Made by a program: the position numbers and the translations under genes. From Candidatus Electrothrix yaqonensis (GTDB lineage Bacteria > Desulfobacterota > Desulfobulbia > Desulfobulbales > Desulfobulbaceae), in assembly GCA_047651235.1 (NCBI GenBank), contig CP178758.1:930001-962000 (forward strand): DNA of 32,000 nt, read 5' to 3'. This document shows, in pieces, positions 26,719-32,000 of this stretch; the first letter of the stretch is position 1, and every line of letters begins with the position of its first letter. The notes beneath the pieces are model-generated. The model saw only the letters and a program-made list of their open reading frames with translations, did not search any database and was not told the origin of the DNA.

Positions 26719-27144
26719 CTAACTCAGCATGTCCAGCCGCCGCTGATGCCGTCCGCCGGAAAACTCAGTATCCACCCAGGTGCGTACAATGTCCAGAGCA
26801 ATCTCCGGGCCGATCACCCGGCCGCCGAGGCAAAGGACATTGGCGTTGTTATGCTCCCGGCTCATCCGCGCGGTAAAGGCTTCATGGCAGAGCGCAGCCC
26901 GAATGTCCCGGTGCCGGTTGGCGGCAATGGACATGCCGATACCGGTGCCGCAGACCAGAATTCCCCGTTCGCAGCTCCCCTCCTGAACCAGCTTGCAGAC
27001 CCTGTCCGCGAAATCTGGATAATCCACCGAATCCAGAGAATGACAGCCCACAGACTCCACCTCCAGACCCATCTCCTGCAGGGCCTGGATGACAAGCTCT
27101 TTCAGCTCAAAGCCTCCGTGGTCACTGCCCACAGCAATTTTCAT
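26719..27144 (-). CDS. rpiB: ribose 5-phosphate isomerase B
   Basis: MKIAVGSDHGG, CGTGIGMSIAANR. Start at ATG 27144 (GGAGGAAAAAACATG). Confidence 0.9.
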   Translation of the reverse strand: MKIAVGSDHGGFELKELVIQALQEMGLEVESVGCHSLDSVDYPDFADRVCKLVQEGSCERGILVCGTGIGMSIAANRHRDIRAALCHEAFTARMSREHNNANVLCLGGRVIGPEIALDIVRTWVDTEFSGGRHQRRLDMLS

Positions 27145-27169
27145 GTTTTTTCCTCCGAAGCGGCTGTCG

Positions 27170-28411
27170 TCAGCCTTCAAACCGCTTCATGATGATGACC
27201 CCGTTGGTGCCGCCGAACCCGAAAGAGTTGGACATGGCTGCCCGGATATTCATCTCACGGGTCGTGTTGGGCACATAATCCAAATCGCAGTTCGGATCAG
27301 GGGTTTCCAGATTCATGGTCGGAGGAATACACTGATGATGCAGGGTCAAGGCGGTAAAGGCCGCCTCAATGCCTCCGGCTCCGCCCAGCATGTGTCCGGT
27401 CATGGATTTGGTCGAGCTGATCGCCAGTTTATAGGCATGGTCGCCGAAAACTGTTTTGATGGCCAAGGTCTCGCAGCGGTCGTTCAGGGGTGTAGAGGTG
27501 CCGTGGGCATTGATATAATCAATATCTTCGGGCTGCATCGCCGCATTGCGCAGGGCCATTTTCATGCAGCGGACAGCACCCTCACCGTTTTCAGGCGGTG
27601 CCGCAATATGGTAGGCGTCGCTGCTCTGACCGTATCCCACCATTTCGGCAAGAATTTCTGCTCCACGGGCACGGGCGGATTCCAGGTCTTCCAGCACGAT
27701 CATTCCGGCGCCTTCGGCAATGATGAAACCGTCCCGGTCCAAATCAAAAGGCCGCGAAGCATGTTCCGGATCATCGTTGCGGGTGGACAGGGCCTTCATA
27801 GCGGCAAAGCCGCCCACACCCAGTGGAGAAATTACAGACTCGCTGCCGCCGGTTATGGCAATATCGCAGTCACCGAACAGAATATGGCGGTAGGCCTCAC
27901 CCACGGCATGGGTTCCTGCCGCACAGGCGGTGGACAGGGAGAGATTCGGCCCTTTTGCATTGAGATACATGGAAATATGCCCGGCAGGCATATTCGGAAT
28001 CATCCGGGGCACCAAAAACGGGGTGATCTTGCGCGGCCCTCTGTTCAGCAGCACGCCATGATATTCCTCAATGGTCGGCAGACCGCCCATGCCGCAGCCG
28101 GTGATTACACCCACCCGTTCAGCCAAGGCATCTGTGATTTCCAGGCCGCTGGCCCGGACAGCCATATCTGCAGCAGCAACCCCGTACTGGACAAAAGCAT
28201 CCAGATGCTTTGCCTGTTTTTTCTCAAACCATTTATCGGACTCGAAATCCTTTACTTCAGCGGCAATTTGGCAGGCATGGGCAGAAGCGTCAAAGCGGGT
28301 TATGGGGCCGACGCCGCTGTATCCGTTCACCAATCCATCCCACGTCTTTTCTGTTCCGGTTCCGAGCGGGGTGACCAGACCGACCCCTGTTACAACAACC
28401 CGTCGTTTCAC
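27170..28411 (-). CDS. fabF: beta-ketoacyl-ACP synthase II
   Basis: STACAAGTHA active-site Cys, HGTSTPLND, GFGGTN. Confidence 0.95.
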   Translation of the reverse strand: MKRRVVVTGVGLVTPLGTGTEKTWDGLVNGYSGVGPITRFDASAHACQIAAEVKDFESDKWFEKKQAKHLDAFVQYGVAAADMAVRASGLEITDALAERVGVITGCGMGGLPTIEEYHGVLLNRGPRKITPFLVPRMIPNMPAGHISMYLNAKGPNLSLSTACAAGTHAVGEAYRHILFGDCDIAITGGSESVISPLGVGGFAAMKALSTRNDDPEHASRPFDLDRDGFIIAEGAGMIVLEDLESARARGAEILAEMVGYGQSSDAYHIAAPPENGEGAVRCMKMALRNAAMQPEDIDYINAHGTSTPLNDRCETLAIKTVFGDHAYKLAISSTKSMTGHMLGGAGGIEAAFTALTLHHQCIPPTMNLETPDPNCDLDYVPNTTREMNIRAAMSNSFGFGGTNGVIIMKRFEG

Positions 28412-28455
28412 GTTACTGATCCTGTTGAAAAGTATACCGTATTCTTATTGTCACC

Positions 28456-28689
28456 TTATTCCTGGATCTTATCGACATAATCGATAGCATTCTGAACAGT
28501 TACAATCTTTTCAGCATCTTCGTCCGGGATCTCCACATCAAATTCTTCTTCCATAGCCATGATCAGCTCCACCAGATCAAGGGAATCCGCCCCGAGATCA
28601 TCGACAAAGGATGCGCCGGGAACAATTTTCTCCCGGTCAACGCTGAGCTGCTCTTCAATGATATCAAACATTTTTTCTTCAATTGCCAT
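28456..28689 (-). CDS. acpP: acyl carrier protein
   Basis: [19 protein letters not shown]. Confidence 0.95.
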   Translation of the reverse strand: MAIEEKMFDIIEEQLSVDREKIVPGASFVDDLGADSLDLVELIMAMEEEFDVEIPDEDAEKIVTVQNAIDYVDKIQE

Positions 28690-28818
28690 TCTCTTTCTCC
28701 TGAATTACTGTTGAGATGTATTCAAAACAGTTCGGCAGCCTGCCTGCAGGCCCGAACAGTGGTTTTCCGTATTTGTGCAGGGTTGTGCAGGATCATCTAC
28801 ATGAAAATCGACAGAAAA

Positions 28819-29568
28819 TTAATTACCCATGTACATGCCGCCGTTGACATGCAGGGTCTGGCCAGTCATGTATCCACTTTCTTCCGAGGCCAGATAGGCT
28901 GCTGCTGCCGCGATATCTGCCGGTGCGCCCAAGATTCCCAAGGGAATTGCAGCCAGAATACTTTTTTCTATATCCTCAGGCAGATCAGCCGTCATATCGG
29001 TTGCAATATAGCCCGGCGCGATACAGTTGACCGTCACCTGCCGAGCAGCCAGTTCTCTGGCCATGGATTTGGTTAACCCGACCAGCCCGGCCTTTGCCGC
29101 AGCATAGTTCACCTGCCCGGCATTGCCGAGAAAACCGACTACTGAAGTAATATTGATGATCCGGCCCCGGCGTTTTTTCATCATACCCCGCATGACCGCC
29201 TTGGAACAGATAAAAGCACCTTTGAGATTGGTGTTCAGGACAGCATCCCAGTCATCGTCCTTCATCCGGGCCATCAGCCCGTCCCGTGTAATTCCGGCAT
29301 TGTTGACCAGAATATCCACCCCGCCATGTTCGGTCGTGATATCTTTGACAGCCTTCTGCACGGCTTCGCTGTCCGCCACATCAAAGCCGATGACAAATCC
29401 CTTGCCCCCGGCAGCGGTAATTTTAGCCAGAACCTCTTCTGCCGCAGCAGCATTGCTGACATAATTAATCCCGACCGTTGCTCCCTGAGCAGCGAGCCGT
29501 TCACAGACCGCCCGGCCGATTCCCCGGCTACCGCCGGTCACCAGAACGATTTTCTCTTCAAGCTGCAT
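28819..29568 (-). CDS. fabG: 3-oxoacyl-ACP reductase
   Basis: TGGSRGIG, NAG, YAAAKAG. Confidence 0.9.
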   Translation of the reverse strand: MQLEEKIVLVTGGSRGIGRAVCERLAAQGATVGINYVSNAAAAEEVLAKITAAGGKGFVIGFDVADSEAVQKAVKDITTEHGGVDILVNNAGITRDGLMARMKDDDWDAVLNTNLKGAFICSKAVMRGMMKKRRGRIINITSVVGFLGNAGQVNYAAAKAGLVGLTKSMARELAARQVTVNCIAPGYIATDMTADLPEDIEKSILAAIPLGILGAPADIAAAAAYLASEESGYMTGQTLHVNGGMYMGN

Positions 29569-30757
29569 GACTGCGGACCTCCCGTATTTTTTGGCTTAAC
29601 AGAGGGACAAGTTCAAAGAGATCGCCCACTAGACCGTAGGTGGCCAGATCAAAAATCGGGGCTTTTTCGTCCCGGTTAATGGCCACGATGGTTTCAGCGG
29701 CCTGCATCCCGACCGTGTGCTGCACGGCCCCGGAGATGCCGCAGGCAATATAGAGCTTCGGGCTGACGGTCTTGCCGGTCTGGCCGACCTGACAGGGATA
29801 GCCTATCCAGCCCGCATCCACGGCCGCTCTGGAGGCAGACACTGCACCGTTCAGCTCCGTGGCGAGTTCCCGGAGCAGGGCAAAACCTTTTTCGTTTTCC
29901 ACACCGCGACCGCCGCTGATCAGCACTTCCGACTCCCGGATATTGCCCTGTTCCTCTTCTGTCAGCACGCTTTCCAGGACTTCAACCCCGGATGTCAGCA
30001 GCTCAGAAGCAAGCGCGGACCGGATGACCTCACCGGTGCGGGTGATATCAGGCTCGGCAGGGGCCATGACGTTGGGCCTGACCGTGGCCATCTGGGGGCG
30101 GGAACGGGGACACTCAATGGTGGCCATGATATTGCCGCCAAAGGCAGGGCGGGTCTGGAGCAGCACGCCATCTTCCGGGCGGATGGCAAGATCGGTGCAG
30201 TCTGCAGTCAGCCCGGCTCCCATGACATTGGCCACGTGGGGGATAACGGAGCGGCCGATGGCAGTGGCACCGGCAAGCACAACCTCCGGTTTATATTCCG
30301 TCATTAGGTGCTGGAGCACCTTGGCGTACACATCTTCCCGGTACTGGGCAAGGGCCGGATCATCGGCCAGCAGCACCTTGTCTGCACCGGCAGCGATCAG
30401 GTCGGCTGTTTTGTCAGCAAGTTCTGCGCCGAGGACGACCGCCGTCAGGAGAACGCCGCGCTGGTCAGCCAGTTTTCTGCCGATGCCGAGCAGTTCAAAG
30501 GCAACCGGTGCAACCTTGCCGTGCCTGGATTCGGCAAAGACCCAGATACCGGACCAGGCCGACAGGTCGGTCTGCATCTTTTTCTCCGCCCCTTCAATGC
30601 GCAGGGCCTCGACCTCGCAGTTGTCCACGCAGGAGCCGCACAGGGTGCAGTTGTCGCCGACCACGGCAACGCCGTTCTGGAGGGTGATGGCGCCGAAGGC
30701 GCAGTTTGCTTCGCAGACGCCGCAGCCGATGCAGGTTTCGGTATTAACTATGAGCAT
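29558..30757 (-). CDS. etfA: electron transfer flavoprotein alpha subunit with an N-terminal 2x[4Fe-4S] ferredoxin domain
   Basis: CIGCGVCEANC and CTLCGSCVDNC, followed by the EtfA/FixB body. Confidence 0.85.
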   Translation of the reverse strand: MLIVNTETCIGCGVCEANCAFGAITLQNGVAVVGDNCTLCGSCVDNCEVEALRIEGAEKKMQTDLSAWSGIWVFAESRHGKVAPVAFELLGIGRKLADQRGVLLTAVVLGAELADKTADLIAAGADKVLLADDPALAQYREDVYAKVLQHLMTEYKPEVVLAGATAIGRSVIPHVANVMGAGLTADCTDLAIRPEDGVLLQTRPAFGGNIMATIECPRSRPQMATVRPNVMAPAEPDITRTGEVIRSALASELLTSGVEVLESVLTEEEQGNIRESEVLISGGRGVENEKGFALLRELATELNGAVSASRAAVDAGWIGYPCQVGQTGKTVSPKLYIACGISGAVQHTVGMQAAETIVAINRDEKAPIFDLATYGLVGDLFELVPLLSQKIREVRSHAA

Positions 30758-30774
30758 GATATTTTTTACGATAA

Positions 30775-30807
30775 AAAGAGACGTTAACTTTGTCGTTACG
30801 TCTTTTT
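30775..30807. terminator. bidirectional terminator-like hairpin between the vWA gene and etfA
   Basis: AGACGT(T)AAC / GTTACGTCT stem with a 6-nt loop, flanked by an A-run and a T-run. On the minus strand it is followed by CTTTTTAT. Confidence 0.55.
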
Positions 30808-30815
30808 ATAATTGT

Positions 30816-31490
30816 CTATAAAATTCCGGCCTCAGCAGCGTTGTTGAGCCATTCCGGGAATTCATTAAGCAAGCGGTTATATAATACAGAGTCTTCAATG
30901 GAAGCGATATCGTTGATATGCATAAAACCGGCATTATCTAAAAAGCGCTCTGTGAGATTATCCAGCTTCTTCAGGTATGGAAAATCTTCTTTTCCTATCC
31001 CGACAAATTGAAAAAATATTTTTTCTTTAGAAAGGCTGCGGATCAACTCCGTTGTTTCTTTCTTGTCGCTATTATTTCCATCTGTAATGAAGATGACAAA
31101 AGCTGGATCAGACTTGTTTCCCTGGTACTTTTTGTAAATAAGCTGCAAAGCAGTAGCGTATTTTGTGGCCTCAATAATTTTATATTTTGACATGATTACG
31201 CGTTCTACATAGCCTTCCAGCTCATCGAGCGAGACGCTTGGCAGTTGATACGCATTCGTGCCGAAGAGCATCATGTCAATGCTGCCGTCATCATCAAAAT
31301 TAATAGCTAATCCAAGTATTCGTTCAACAACCTCCTGGATAACGCCGCACTTAAAAAGGCGATTCATAGATTTGGAAATATCCAGTACCAGAACCACTTG
31401 AGCTTTGGTGTCTGCTAATCCCTGCTTCTTTATTTCGAGCTTAGCTTTTTTACTCAGTTCGATAACATGTTTTTTTAAATTAACAGACAC
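30816..31490 (-). CDS. vWA domain protein of the TerF-C-terminal-like type
   Basis: MIDAS-like VLVLDISKSM, FDDDGSIDMMLFG, FVIFITDGNN, FFQFVGIG and LDNAGF. GTG start. Visibly AT-rich relative to its neighbours. Confidence 0.75.
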   Translation of the reverse strand: MSVNLKKHVIELSKKAKLEIKKQGLADTKAQVVLVLDISKSMNRLFKCGVIQEVVERILGLAINFDDDGSIDMMLFGTNAYQLPSVSLDELEGYVERVIMSKYKIIEATKYATALQLIYKKYQGNKSDPAFVIFITDGNNSDKKETTELIRSLSKEKIFFQFVGIGKEDFPYLKKLDNLTERFLDNAGFMHINDIASIEDSVLYNRLLNEFPEWLNNAAEAGIL

Positions 31491-31551
31491 GACCTCTTCT
31501 TACAGGTGTTTAGTTTTTTTAGCATCAGTGAAAGCGTATTCATCTTCCACT

Positions 31552-32000
31552 CTATAAATACCCCCTGATTGCCTCCACCAGCTGCTCAACCTGTTCCTCG
31601 GCAGTCCCGGAAAACACCTGCCGCTCGCCTCTCGGTTCCGGTGAAAAGACATTGACCACCTGGGTCGGGGAACCGGCCAGCCCGATGCAGTCGGTATCCG
31701 CACCGATGTCGGCAGCAGATAATACTCTGATTTTTGCTGTTTTGGCTTTCATCTTGCCTTTCAGCGAAGGCACTCTCGGCTCATTGATATCCTTGACCAC
31801 GGTGAGCAGGGCAGGAAGGGGCAGCTGGACCACATCATACCCGTCATCCATCATCCGCTCTACCTGAATAACGGTATCGTTCACCTCGCGGGTTTTCTGC
31901 ACACAGGTGACATAGGGAAGATGCAGCTGTGCAGCCAGACCAGGACCGACCTGGGCAGTGTCGCCATCAATGGCTTGCTTGCCGCAGAGGATCAGGTCGG
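31552..32000 (-). CDS. etfB: electron transfer flavoprotein beta subunit, N-terminus beyond window edge
   Basis: The frame stays open past the track's Met at 31902 up to the window edge: DLILCGKQAIDGDTAQVGPGLAAQLHLPYVTCV... Confidence 0.85.
   Translation of the reverse strand, partial: DLILCGKQAIDGDTAQVGPGLAAQLHLPYVTCVQKTREVNDTVIQVERMMDDGYDVVQLPLPALLTVVKDINEPRVPSLKGKMKAKTAKIRVLSAADIGADTDCIGLAGSPTQVVNVFSPEPRGERQVFSGTAEEQVEQLVEAIRGYL

Noticed and set aside
27089-28480. 463-aa plus-strand ORF. The same applies to 29859-30821, 11873-12676, 15488-16312, 10396-11046 and 24047-24712.
   Set aside because: These lie antisense to clearly identified conserved genes (fabF, etfA, dxs, tatD, xseB, glyA). 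They have low-complexity Arg/Gly/Pro/Ala-rich translations typical of shadow ORFs in GC-rich coding DNA.
31491-31551. 22-aa ORF (MNTLSLMLKKLNTCKKRSCLLI) between etfB and the vWA gene
   Set aside because: It is very short and overlaps the vWA start. It shows no resemblance to the EtfA N-terminus or any known peptide, so it is likely fortuitous.
1-32000. CRISPR arrays, rRNA genes, retron or DGR components
   Set aside because: I found no regularly spaced repeats of 25-40 bp, no reverse transcriptase, and no rRNA-like sequence on reading both strands.

Overview
The window splits into a mobile left part and a housekeeping right part. GC figures are by-eye estimates.

LEFT ~8.8 kb, mobile or accessory DNA:
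- An edge-truncated, very AT-rich ORF (1-1028, minus strand). It is absent from the ORF track because it runs off the window.
- A 5'-truncated ISKra4-like transposase.
- A same-strand integrative element: P4-type integrase, XRE-HTH, unknown 285-aa protein, AlpA, AEP-primase-like protein, and a P-loop helicase with a 4-Cys insertion.
- The element ends next to a tRNA 3'-half fragment with its own terminator. Just beyond it lies an intact tRNA-Gln(CUG).
- Several short direct-repeat arrays sit in the element's two main intergenic regions.

RIGHT ~23 kb, ordinary housekeeping chromosome at about 55% GC:
- xerC-like, xseB, dxs, an aminotransferase, tatD, yggS, ugd, pilC, an IHF-like gene, ribD, nrdR, glyA, rpiB, fabF, acpP, fabG, etfA and etfB.
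- Two low-GC cassettes sit immediately after housekeeping stop codons. One is a HindIII-like restriction-modification pair between rpiB and glyA. The other is a single vWA (TerF-C-like) gene splitting etfB from etfA.
- Smaller oddities: an orphan ParB-N-domain gene preceded by a perfect 19-bp inverted repeat, and a secreted FISUMP-domain protein.

No CRISPR array, rRNA, or recognisable multi-gene defence operon is visible. The best candidates for something new are:
- the element's AlpA / AEP-like / Cys-cluster helicase replication module with its repeat arrays
- the HTH + 285-aa pair
- the AT-rich partial ORF
- the shared 'cassette right after a stop codon' insertion pattern

All family assignments come from motif recognition by eye. 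No database search was possible.
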